Source: Macrostomum lignano (Eukaryota). Taken from it: a stretch of 64,000 nucleotides of DNA. Numbering within the stretch: the stretch's first letter is position 1; the number at the start of each line of letters is the position of its first letter. Where the stretch lies: positions 46,356 to 110,355 of the forward strand of contig NIVC01003218.1 in assembly GCA_002269645.1 (NCBI GenBank), in the 5' to 3' direction. Under the pieces are notes generated by a model. That model had not been told where the DNA came from and did not search any database. It worked only from the letters and a program-made list of their open reading frames with translations. Position numbers and translations under genes: made by a program. Below are positions 28,601 through 40,143 of the stretch, in pieces.

Positions 28601-30438
28601 AACCGAGACGACAACGAAACGCACTTGGCCGAGAGCGCAGCAAAAACCAGAATAGTGGAGCGCAAAATCAGCAGTGAAGAGTAGACGGGTCGGGGTGAGC
28701 CAACCCCCGAGGCCCCACTGGTGGCTTATCAGCCCGCCAGCCAATGCGAGCAGCCCAGGGTGGGGTGGGGCAAAGAGGAGGGGTGGGCAAAGAGGGAGGG
28801 GTGGGGCAAAGAGGGAGGGGTGGGGCACGCGCACCGATTGGAAAGGGGCCAGACTGGGCGCAGAAAAAAGGGCTAGGCCAGGTGTGAGGGTGAGGCTTAC
28901 GCCTCTCACAGACCCAGGCACGAGCACGAGACGGGAGACGAGGTGGGCAGCACAAAAGCACAAAAAAAGGGGACAGAAGAACAGCAGGGTAAGACTGGAA
29001 GGCGCGGCACAACACAAAGAGATATCAATATACTAGTTCGAAAAAGGTCTATCAGAGCTGCGGTTTTTCTATCGGACTTACTTCGGATGCCATTATTTAA
29101 CCGATAGTAGTGAGTGTAATTTATATCTTCGTCTTATTCTGCCTCAATGAATTTGGATCTTGGGATCTTGGGATCTTATGCCGAAAAAATATTTGCAGGT
29201 TTGTTGGCACCCTGGCGCAACGCATTGGGCGACATGATCCTACAACGAGCACACACAAGTGCACCAATACTGTACGTAGACATGCACTCATACACACGCT
29301 CACACAGGGTGTACGAGGCCCTGAATTTCTAATCGTCAGAGATGTACACTCTCTGTGCCTTGGGAGCTGGCCCTCATGGCTGTGAATTGCACGACAAGCC
29401 TCCGCCCAATTTTTGTGCACAAGCCTCAAAAAAGCCTCAAATGCGGAATCGAACCAGGGCCGCGGCCTTATACCAACTTAAGCCACTAGAGTGCCGGTAG
29501 AGCGGATTATCAGAGCGGCGGTTTCGCCTTCGGAAGCCACCATTGACCTGCAATGAGTATGAGTGTAGAATCATTGAAGAAAAAGCAAAACGTAATGAGG
29601 AATTGTCTGTGATTCCGGTATTGATATAGCGGTCCAATACTGAGATTCATTTCGATTCCTTCCTAGTGAATGGCTAAGGACTTTTAAACACATTTCCAAT
29701 GCTGCCGATGCTCGCCATTTTATGCTCCTAACCACATTAACACCCTGTCCTCACTTTCATTCATTGTTATTTTTGTTTAGTTCAGTGTGTGCATCCCCGG
29801 TGCACTTTAAGCGAAATTGTCACACAACCGGCGAAAGGGACTACTGCCATTCTGCCGACTCCCCTGAGCATCACACAAGCGCGCGGATATGTACGCAGTC
29901 ATACGCACAGGCACACATTCACACAGGAGTGTACAGCAGCCCTAAATTAGTTTATCGTTAGGGCTTAAAAAAATTGGTTCAGGCATTCAGGCTGTAGACT
30001 GAAATACCGGTCAGACAGATCTTGGAGATTTAGTATATGTGATTCATGTGACCGCACTTGTGCCGCTGGTCTAGCCTGGTCTAGCTGGCCGCGCTAGACA
30101 CTGGGCTACAGGCACTTAATTGTTATTCACTTTCACTCAAACGTCGGATAAAACAAATTAGGGGTTTTGAAAAACGCAATGACGCTCTCTTACCTGTGTA
30201 AAATTCCATTTCTGCATTCCCACAGGGCCCTCTGGCCGTCGTACCGGTGCTTCTTGCTGGCCATCAACCGACTGCCATCGCATTCGCCTTCAAGGATGCG
30301 TCAATAGTTGCCGCAACGGAGGACGGCTACCTGCAGCTGTGGATCTACTGGCAATCTCGGGTGCACTGCAACTGCAGAGACAGTCAGAGCGTTCAAATCA
30401 GAATCTGCACTGATCTGATGAGACAAACTAGCTCGTAA
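22607..30438 (+). CDS. Doublecortin-domain echinoderm microtubule-associated protein-like (DCX-EMAP architecture): 2 DCX + HELP + WD40; apparent frameshifts in the 3' half
   Basis: Exons ~22591-22697, 23018-23694, 24127-24298, 24926-25120, ~25243/25324-25516, 25611-26295, 26371-26485, 26601-27061 (2 frameshifts), 27165-27197, 27276-27476, ~27865-28127 (disrupted), 30226-30438. DCX1 VTFFRNGDPHYKG; DCX2 VRALYT..VESFSQL; HELP-like LHWLHGP..LPDGSLVF..RQRHYTGH; WD motifs IRVWD, FSSDG, FSPDG, LDWS. Confidence 0.78.
23747..23960. repeat. 30-bp tandem repeat (GGAATGTGTTGACAGCATGTAATGTGACTT)
   Basis: About 7 units in the intron that splits the second DCX domain. Confidence 0.92.
29280..29400 (+). mobile_element. 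Dispersed repeat family, copy b
   Basis: CACACAGG..GTAC..GGCCCTGA...TGTACACT..CTGTGCCTTGGGAGCTGGCCCTCATGGCTGTGAATTGCACGA. Confidence 0.6.
29895..29962 (+). mobile_element. Dispersed repeat family, partial copy c
   Basis: GCAGTCATACGCACAGGCACACATTCACACAGGAGTGTACAGCAGCCCT closely matches the reverse complement of 49500-49550. Confidence 0.6.
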
Positions 30439-31879
30439 AAGCAATTCATTGCGCCTCAGCAGGTGTGCAAACTGTCCCGACATTGATGTTTTTGAATACA
30501 CATGTAATAAGCACGTCTTAACACTTTCGTTTTCAATTTCTTGAAAGCTGTGTTATGCTCAGGTTTATGTTCAAAACAAATACTTCCGATTGCGACTGTT
30601 TAATCTGATGACAGAATACTCGGTTGAGTGGTCCGAAGGGCGTAGCTTGGTTGGGTGTTAAACCAGTGTGGCGTGCTCTTGTGCAATCCAAGGGGGGTGG
30701 GCTGTGCCTAGGTCAGGTGCCGGTTTGGGGCCTTTATTTAGCGCGGGCGGGCGGCCTCTTGCCCGCCAAGTGTGTATCGATTTTTTGCCATGGTTGACCA
30801 CGAGAAACCATGCACCTGAGCAAGGTGGCTCTGCAAGCCTTGTGTGCCCACGCCAGCGTAAGCAGTCACGGCAATAAAGCTGACCCATGGTCAGCTCCTT
30901 GCTCGCGGCCCCCGACCAGTCGTGGACAGATTAGAAACTGCAGAACATGGAACAGTCTGAGCAAGAAGTTGATGCAGACGATAACATCAGTGCGGAGGCG
31001 GCTCGGGAGTCGGCGTGTGGGCCTGGACGAGGACATCGCGAAGGCGGAGGTGATCAGACTGTTGCAGCTACGCAAGGAAGCCGCCAGACTCAAGAGGGAG
31101 ATCGGAGACCTATCAATCGCGGTGCGTATGCCATGTCTGCTGGCCTCAGTTGCTTTGCTGGAGTGTGGGATGAAGGATTAGACCAGGAAGATAATGGCAA
31201 TGAGCTGCTTGATACATTGTTGTCACGGAACAGGGCCAATGAACGATGGAGTGTTCGGGCAGGCGCAAGGCTCTTCTGATTCGTGATTTCCTTGACAGCT
31301 TTGAGCAGGAAAAAGTGCTGGCTAAATGACTCTGGTGGCCTAATCACTTACAAGACAGAAAACCTAATCTGGATAGATCACAGCAGCGCAGCATATGATT
31401 GGCAATTGCAGGCTGATGATGCAAATTATCAAGGATGGTGCCCTGGTGACTAGTAGAAATGGAACTGCCGACACGACTGATTTGATGAATTATCTACACT
31501 ACTCAATACAGATTGGCGAGCTGTTTGACGCGGCTTCGGCCAAGCGCAGGTGAACCGTTTTAACGAGAACTACCGCACAATAGGCAAGCTCAAACTGGTA
31601 TGCGATGGGCAAGGAGTCTTTCCAACTCGTTGCTAAGCACTCAATCAGAACTGGAACTCCGATCCGGCCAGACGGGGAAGATATCTGCTTGCACTTTAAT
31701 CGCCGGGGGTGCTTCCGGTCAAGCTGAAAATTCTGGCATGTCTGCCGTATCTGTTTTGAGGCCCACCCTGAGGCCATCCATTCGACAAAATACTGAACTC
31801 TGCGATGCTCTGGTTTAATCCTAAATTTGTGCTTAATGCTTTAAACTTTAACAATCCTGTCGTTGGCAGTGCAGGAGTA

Positions 31880-32385
31880 GCCTGTGTCCCTGCTCGTGGG
31901 ATTCTGAACTTGAAAATGACCCTTGATAGGAATTTGATCCTAGACGGCATCGCAAATGGTTTTCGTATTACTGATGGCAAAGAGCATTGTGAACTTTTAA
32001 TGCCAATTATATGTCTACTGCTGCATGTCTACCGCGCTGTTGAGCTGCAAATTAAGGAAGAGATTGAGAATGGCAGGTACGTGGTGGTCAGCCTACGATG
32101 TTCAGCCCTCTGGGAGCTATTCCAAAGGATAATGGTAAGGTTCGCCCTATTCACGACTGCAGCACGCCTCTCGGCTACTCGGTCAGTGACAGTTATACGA
32201 AGAAGCTGAGCCCCAGGTTTGAGTCCGACAAGAAGGTTGCAGCCTCTATCAGCAAGGGCTGGTTCATGGCAAAGCTTTATTTGTCGCATCGCACAGAAGT
32301 GTGGCGATTCATCCGGATGATTACCAGGCGACTGGCATTGGTTGGCGCTTTAAAGGCAACCGTAATCTGACATGGCTAGTCTGAT
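31880..32385 (+). mobile_element. Degenerate DIRS/Ngaro-type (tyrosine-recombinase retrotransposon) reverse transcriptase fragment
   Basis: Across frameshifts: ILDGIANGFRI, QIKEEIENGRY, SPLGAIPKDNGKVRPIHDCSTP.GYSVSD, WFMAK, RSVAIHPDDYQATGIGWRFKG. Truncated before the LPFG/YxDD motifs. Confidence 0.7.
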
Positions 32386-32886
32386 TTTCTGGTTGTGGCC
32401 GAGAGCGAGGAAGCAGTATAAGTATAGCAGAGCACAAAGGCATTCTTTTTACGTTCTGCTCACAATAAAAGGTTCTCGAGCTACCCTCAGTTTCTCTTAG
32501 GCCATACGAATGTCTATCTTAGTGCTATAGGAGTAAGCTATGCTTTGTAGAGAGCATTTAGATCCTGCTTTACAACAATTTTGTTGACCACGCGGAGGGC
32601 GCATAGCTTAATTGAGGCTGTCTGTACGCATTAGAGAAAAATGGTTCGAAATTTGCACAATGAATGTACAGTCTTCAACTATCAGAAGTTTGCACTGACT
32701 GGCCTATCCTGCGCATCCAGGTGTGTCTCTCTGGTCCGCCTCACTCGTTGGCTCTCTGCCCCTCTGTCAACAACCGCATAAGTAGCGCATGAAGCAGAAC
32801 TTCCAAATGAGCCCGAAGCATCTGCAACAGTCTGCCAAAGCAACAGCTAGCTCGTAATCAGCGGAAAAGAAAGTAGCTCGATAACG

Positions 32887-34770
32887 ATGTCTGATGCGTG
32901 TACATCATCGAATTTGGAAGCTGGAATTGGTGAGCTGCAAATAACCGATGAGGAGCATGCGGAGTTTGTGCAGCATCTTTACACCAAGCAACCAAAGCGC
33001 CTGGAACAGTCCGGCAAAGCAGCCGAGCGACTGAGGCAGCCGGCGCGGCCCCGGTCGGGAGTTTCCGTTTCGGGCGCGCTGCAACCCAGCCAGCTGGTGC
33101 AGCAGCAGCAGCAGCAGCAGCAGCATGTTTCAAGCCCGGTAACACCACAAGGGCGAGGCATGCATTCGCCCTACCAACAGTGGGAAGGAGCTGTTCAGCA
33201 GCAGCAGCAGCAGCTAATTCAGCGTACGCAACCGCAGGCGCAAGGCTTCGACGACACGGGCGAAGGTTTTGAAAGCCTGCTGGAGCTGTTGAACGGACCT
33301 ACGGATCCGGGACCACCGAGCGGAGGCGCCTGCATGCCAGGTAGCAGGGCGGACATCATCATCAACGCTCCAATGATGGTCCCCGCGCAGCCGCCACCAC
33401 CACCGCCGCCACCGCCGCCGCCGGCACCGCCGGCTGCCGAGTCCCGCTCTGGTCCGAGCAAGGCGCCAGTGTCTGAGCAAACGCGCCTGGCACTAATTAA
33501 AAAGCTCAATCCCCAATCTATTCTTGTTGATGAGAATTTCAATAGGTAAGTCTTGCGTTTTTAGCACACTGGTTTTGTTTTGTCAGTAGATTTAGTCGGT
33601 TATACAGAAGTCCTAAGGAATATCCGTAAGAATATTAACCTAGCTTGTATCATCTCATACCAAGCTTCTGGTTGCTCAGAAGCAGCTCGAAATATGATAG
33701 CAGCTATTTACTCGAATGATACTGATGCTTACCCGGCCCAATTAATGTACACGCATTTCTACTGCACGCGGCCTGCAGCAGACTGAAGATGTTGCTGAAA
33801 ATAGCGTCCTCGCGTTTAGTCTCCCAGCTATATGTAGATTATTGATGTGGCAAAGTAAGCAAAATTTATTACTGACCCATGAAATCAGATAATGGTTTCC
33901 AGCACACGATAGCAATCTCATAAACCTGTGTAAACACCTGCTCGCACTGCAGTCAGCTTCACACGGCCGTACTGCAAAGTCAACCACGTGAGGCAGTCGA
34001 CTTTCTGCTTTGCAACCTCAAAAGGCAGAAGAAGCTGCTACCAATAATCAACATGGTTAATATCTGTGGGCACGTGAGTTGAGAGGCGCTTTGTTTAAAA
34101 TTGTTGGGCTATTCATTTTTAAAAATTACAAAATTCACAAAGAGTTTTTTATGGGAAATTAAGTATTTTTCTTTCATTCGTTGCCTCCTAACGATAAAGG
34201 AACTTGTTGCTAGTCTGTATAGTAAAGATCAATGCACTTGACAGCGCTACTGGTATAAGTACTTTTCTTTACAACGTGTTCTTAGAGATTGAACTTGGTC
34301 GCACTAACGTTGCTGTGGAAACTAGCAACTGCTGCCTTCAAACTTTCAATCGCTTTTTCTCCTCTGTTCTGCAGACGCCGCTTTCGCTGTGCCTGAAGAT
34401 GCGCCGCGCTGACCTGCTGTCGCTTCTCATCGACTTTGATGCGGGACCGACTCAGCTGTGCTGCTGCGTTAGCGAGCGCACGAATCACTTTCACTACGCG
34501 TTTGCGAAGTGTCTGGACACCACCGCTGCCATTCAGATGGTGCAATGCTTGATCAGCTGCGTGGCCGAGAAGCACCAGTCCGACCTCATTGGTCTTCATG
34601 CCAAGGACCGCTTTAGGAAGACGCCACTGGATTACCTGAACCACCGCATCTCCCAGCTGAGCGCCACCCAGCAGGAGCCGGACTCAGCTGAGCTGCTCGC
34701 TTCGATGCAGTGGCTGAAGAACAGCATCTGCCGAATGTTGCCTCGAGTTGAAGCTGGACTCGACCATTAG
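32887..34770 (+). CDS. Ankyrin-repeat protein (IkB/Bcl-3-like layout), paralog A, 391 aa
   Basis: Exons 32887-33545, 33953-34073, 34375-34770 (1176 nt, in frame). Q/P-rich N-terminus, then VDENFNSQLHTAVLQ, INMVNICGHTPLSLCLKMRRADLLSLLIDFDA, AKDRFRKTPLDYL. Confidence 0.8.
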
Positions 34771-35303
34771 CTTCTGATTGGTGCCCGATATGCTCATGAT
34801 TAGAACTCAACGCTGCCCTAGGGCTGAGCTTCTTCACAGAGAACTTTTGTCATAAACATTGCACCGACACTTTTTCTCACTGTTAATACTGTTCGAAATT
34901 CATTAGATATTTATGCAACTTGTTCATCCGTTTTTATCAACTACTCGAGTATCTTTTCTCTTAAAAGGCGTTTCTATTTCTGATAATCATTACACCATCA
35001 TATAAGGAAATATTTGTACATATTTTACAATAGGCAGCACACGGATGCCGCAGTAAGCCTTTTTATCACTACAATGGAGACTAATAATATTTTTTAACGA
35101 CAGCGTTGACAGATTTCCCAAAAATGCTCTAAAAATACTAATTAGTGTGATAATTTTAATAACATCCTCGTACTTAGCGCTGTTATCCGCCTTAAATATA
35201 TTTAAAAGTTTAATATTCCGCTCGTAAATAATGATAATTACGGCTGGTAACTTTTCAATACTATATTGCGCAAATGGGGAAGGCTGGCACACATGTCTCT
35301 CTA

Positions 35304-35463
<160 letters not shown>

Positions 35464-35763
35464 CCTGTGGATGCTCTATCGAATGAAATATTAAAAGCTC
35501 AACGCGGATATTTTGACTATAATTAAATTTTCTAACAGTATCAGGAATGTTGAAACTTCTATTGTGTAGCGCATGGTGTACAATTTTCACTTCTTTTGCA
35601 CACCTGGCAATGTACACCCATGTGTTTCTGCCCCAGAACAACAATATGCTGTATATAAATGTATAAAAAATTAAGGCTCGTAAATACAAGGCCGACCAGT
35701 TTGGTGCTTCATGCATCTTTAATTCGTACAAAGCAATCTCATTCCCCAGAAACTCGGGTATAA

Positions 35764-36139
35764 AATGTCCAAAATAGAGTTGAATCATCTGGCGTCGGAG
35801 CATTGAGACTGGGAATCGAAAAGCAGAAAAGCTTTGATTAGCCTTTTTACTTCCAGGTGAAAGATGTCACACAGAAGTGACAGTAGGAGTCAATCGATTC
35901 AACCAACCTGCGGTCAAAGTCAAGTTCGCCGGGTTCCCTGAGAAGTTCACTGCGGTGGCAGGCGAGTCAGGCCAGCAGCAACCACCGCGTCATACAGCCG
36001 ATGCAGAACTGGGGAGGCCCGACGCCAGGAAGCACCGGAAACGTACACTTCACCAACCGGAAACTCCGCCAACAAACCAGAATGTGCCGAAGAAATCTGC
36101 AGCACAAGTGAGGCAGCTAGCTGATGAGAATTTTAACTC
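35764..36139 (+). pseudogene. Degenerate orphan exon 1 of the ankyrin family, paralog B
   Basis: FQVKDVTQK* aligns to paralog C FKGKDVPQKR. Ends QLADENFN-TC|GTAAGT, like the exon-1 donors of paralogs A and C. Stops and frameshifts in the 5' part; no own exons 2-3 before paralog C. Confidence 0.62.
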
Positions 36140-37025
36140 GTAAGTCTAAGGAAAATTGAATTTTATCGTTTTATTATTTCTTAATTATGGTAGTTTACTG
36201 GAAGTTTAAAGGAATCAAAACGATAATGATGATTAATGTCGAATTTTTTTGACTAACCTAGTCTCTGCATTTAAATTTGCAGCATCTCTGTGAGAGCCAA
36301 ACGAGAGTAAATAAAAAGTCGCGAAGTGAGTTTCCAATGCGCTGTTCACGCGATCTCTTTTTGAAAAGTGACCATCAAGTCTGCTGCAATAGTTTGGACG
36401 ACTTCATAGCGAAACGTCCTGCCAACTTGACACGACGCTAGATGGAATCATTAGAACACATTTTCAAATTCGATGTCGCAACATACTACTTTAAACTTCT
36501 TAAGAAGTAGCAGCTAATATGCTATTTCAATAGTTGAAACTGCGTGTGCATCCGAGTAGAAAGCTCGTCCTTTATTTACGACCCGCACAGCCCTAACCCT
36601 GCACCTTGCACCTTGCACAGCCCTAATTTGCCGGAAAATGCGACGCAAATTTCGTGTATTCGAAGCAATGCAAACATTTGCAGCTTGCATACTAAAAAAC
36701 TCAATCGGCAATCGGTAGTATCGTTGAGTACTGTGTAACAAACTAACATGGATGCTGCTAGAAATTGAGCATTATTGTGCACACTCGCAGCTTCATTTGT
36801 ACTGCAGAGTGAATTCAGAGTAATGAATGCACTCCGCCTTGTGCTAGAAATTAAAAGAAATTGAATGTACACTCGGTTCTCTCTCTCTAACCCAGACCTA
36901 CCCTCTGACAATCTACCCTCATAAACACTTAAAAGCAAGCCAAGGCAGCACTCGAATATACGAGCGTAGTGTTTATAAAGAAGTTGAATTAATTCGTCTG
37001 CGGCAAAGAAGGAAGCTGATACAAA

Positions 37026-38350
37026 ATGTCTGACAATACTGTGGACTCTACAATTTCAAAGCTCGAGTCTGGAATTGGTGAGCTGCAAATTTCAGGCGAA
37101 GGCGGCGGCGCTGGACCAAGTGAAGAAACATACAAGGAAACAGTTTACTTCAAAGGCAAAGACGTTCCACAAAAGCGGTCGAGACAGTCGGCGCAGTCCA
37201 CACCGCAGAGCGCTGGAGCCTCCGCGTCGGTGTCGCAGCAGTCCGGCAACCTGGTGCAGCAGGCGTTCTATCGCACCAGCACAGAGTACCAAGCCGCGCA
37301 ATCTCCGGCGCTATCTCAGAGCTTCGATAGCCGGCTGGAGAGCTTCAACATTGAGGATTTACTCGATGGATCATTGAGCGACAGCTCCGCGGGAGCCACC
37401 AACCATGTCCCGCAGTCGCAAGCGCCAGCGCAGGCGGCAGCCTTACCAGAACAGTCAGCTGCAACTGCTGCCCCAGGGCCGTCAGCATCCAACAGAAATT
37501 TCATCTTATCAGCCGACACTCGCATGGCTCTGCTTAACAAGCTTAAGCGAACTCTCGCTGATGAGAAGCTTAATTCGTGAGTTCTCGGGGTAAAGAGTGT
37601 TTAGCGGCCAATCGACTCCTTAGACTGCTATCAATTTTAGTATATTTTTCTTCAAATGCTCGTAATAAGCCTCAAGAGTAGAAGCCATCGTTAATGTCTT
37701 ACAGAAAACAACACGCAAGACAACTTGCAACAATTCACATTACAGACAGCTCCACAATGCCGTGTTGCAAAATAAGCCTAGAGAAGAATTTGAAAATTTG
37801 CTTTGCGATCTCAACTGCCGGGAGAATCTGGTGCCAATAATTAACTTGGTTAATGTTAATGGTCAGGTGAGTTCTCTGCTGCTACCTTGCATTCTGAACG
37901 TTTTTGCAATGCGTCATTAAGCAGTGTTACTCTTTGGTATCAAATTTGCAGACTCCGCTGTCACTGTGCCTGAAAATGCGCCGTTCCGACCTGATCCCGC
38001 TGCTGATCGACTTCGACGCCGCTCCCGCCCAGCTCTGCGGTCCTGCAAGCCACCGAACCAACCACTTCCACTACGCCTTCTCAAAGTGTTTGGACTCGGT
38101 TCCATCTGTCCAGATGGTGTGCAGCCTCATCAGCGGTGTGAGCGCGCGACATCAGTCAGACCTGCTGGGCCTCCTGGCCAAGGATCTGAATAACAGGGCG
38201 CCGCTGGACTACCTGAACAACATCATTTACAAGCTGAACGCCAGCCGTCAGGACGCCGCCTCAGTAGAGTTGCTGTCGCACATACAGGGGCTGAAGAGCC
38301 TCGTTTGCAGCGTGATGCCGCGGCTGGTTCCCGGGCCGCAGAACGGCTGA
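37026..38350 (+). CDS. Ankyrin-repeat protein (IkB/Bcl-3-like layout), paralog C, 356 aa
   Basis: Exons 37026-37576, 37746-37866, 37952-38350 (1071 nt, in frame). LADEKLNSQLHNAVLQ, INLVNVNGQTPLSLCLKMRRSDL, AKDLNNRAPLDYL. Same intron positions and phases as paralog A. Confidence 0.8.
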
Positions 38351-39754
38351 AAAAACTGCTGCATCAGCTCTGCTGTAATAAGCCAGCAGCACTTTTGTTT
38401 CTTTGCAGTGAATCAGTGTTCAACACGAGATCCTTAATACTTTGGCTATCTGATATTAATATTGAAAATCGTTTTATAAGCAATATAATTTACAGGAAAG
38501 GTACTAAAGTATATCAATCTAACAATTAAGTTTGAGTTATTGAATTTGTAAAATTGTACTGCCTACTCAAGGATTTAGTAATATTTATTATGCTAGAATA
38601 CTAATGTACGGCTGCAGTCATTTTTTAATAGTCGCTTTCGGCTTTAGTACTGTTATTACTATAGTATCTGTCATTGACTCAGCGTTATTACATTATTCTG
38701 TATATCGACTATTATAAGAACTGTAACATGGCACTTAAAATTGTAATGATTATAATAGTCACCTTATTTCTTCCTGTAATTAATCATCGCTATTGAAATA
38801 TATCTTATGTTAAATTCTGCTTTAAGCCTACTTAATTACCCGGTAATGCCGCTAGTAGCTTGGATTACTGAGCTGAGATTGTTCAAATCAATTTACAGTT
38901 AGTTCACGAAGACTTTCAATACTGATTTGAGCAGGATTGACCCGCGAAGCCACCAGTGGGTAATTTGAACCGGCCTCTCCTTGCAGACGTTTCAGGTTGA
39001 GCAAGATGCAAGCATTACTCCCCGAAGACTGACACACTAAATATAGGGTATGTTGCGCTGGTTGGATGAGGCATACTCAGGGCTGGTTACTCCTACCTTA
39101 TTGGGGCCATCCATTTCACTGCACGAGGGTGCCCTGCTTGGTAATTCTATGCACACATAAGGAAGTTGGAACTTAGAAGATGCACTATTCCCATGAACCT
39201 TCGCTACATAGCGGGTGTTTAACAATCTGTTTGATTTTAAATTGACACTGCTGTGCAACGTTACGTAACGCACTTTACACCCAAAGAGGCCGGATTCGTT
39301 TCAAACAACAAAGTATTTTTAACAAAGTCCTTCTTTGAACTTTTCTGCCGCATAAAGAATGAGCTTATATCAATGTTCAATGTTATTATTTTAGTAACAT
39401 ACTAGCAATCTAGCGCCCCCCTTCGGGGTGGCCAATAAGCAAGGGACGAATCCTTTAAAATGAAAAAAAATTCTTAGGGAGGGGGGCTAGGAATCGATTT
39501 CTCATTTTAATTCCAGGCTTATGTACCAATAAAACATGTTTGTGCAGAATTTTATAACAGACATTGAAATTCAACCATACTTGCCTTCTTTCAGAGCTAT
39601 TTCTACCAGTATGCTTCAGTACGCTACCAGTACCCGTGTAAGCCTTGACATGTCAGCAATCCCCCCCCCCACAAGCCTTAACATATCAACTCCCCCCTTG
39701 ACATCTCAGCGATGCTCCCATAAGCCTTGAAATCTTAAAAAATCTGTCTACTTT

Positions 39755-39776
39755 CTAACCCTAACCCTAACCCTAA
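39755..39776. repeat. Short interstitial (CCCTAA)n telomere-type repeat
   Basis: CTAACCCTAACCCTAACCCTAA (about 3.7 units). Confidence 0.6.
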
Positions 39777-39831
39777 TTTTTTTTGTCTTGGCGTTAAAAA
39801 GCTTTAATTAAAAAAACTCTACTCTCTAAAA

Positions 39832-39890
39832 ATTCGAACCATCGTCCCTGCATTTAGCAGTTTAGTCTGTTTACCTCTAGGCTAGCTCTC
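39832..39890 (-). mobile_element. tRNA-derived (SINE-like) head, copy 1, more degraded
   Basis: Direct repeat of 42862-42921; retains CTGCTAA and GGTTCGAAT. Confidence 0.5.
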
Positions 39891-39929
39891 ATGAATTTTA
39901 GTCATTACCCCTAAATAGAAAATATTCCC

Positions 39930-40105
39930 AAGACAGCAAGCATCCCCCCAGTAGCAAGCATCCCCTAATACTCCTAGCAAGCATCCACCCAGATAGCAAG
40001 CATCTTGCAGATAGCAAGCATACCCCAAATAATGTAGAAGCATCCTTCCAGATAGCAAGCATCCTGCACATAGCAAGAATCCCTAAATAGCAAGCATCCC
40101 TGGAT
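39930..40105. repeat. Degenerate ~20-bp repeat with TAGCAAGCATCC core
   Basis: About 8 units immediately before the 48-bp satellite. Confidence 0.75.
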
Positions 40106-40143
40106 AGAAATAATCCTATACATGTAGCCAAGCTTATCAAGCG

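Noticed and set aside
30415-30440. Hammerhead-ribozyme-like CTGATGAG...CTCG motif (a similar one at 59158-59200)
   Set aside because: The required GAAA after stem II is absent (GTAA and GATC instead), and stems I/III were not found.
39755-39776. Chromosome end or telomere fusion
   Set aside because: Only about 3.7 CCCTAA units, too short to interpret.
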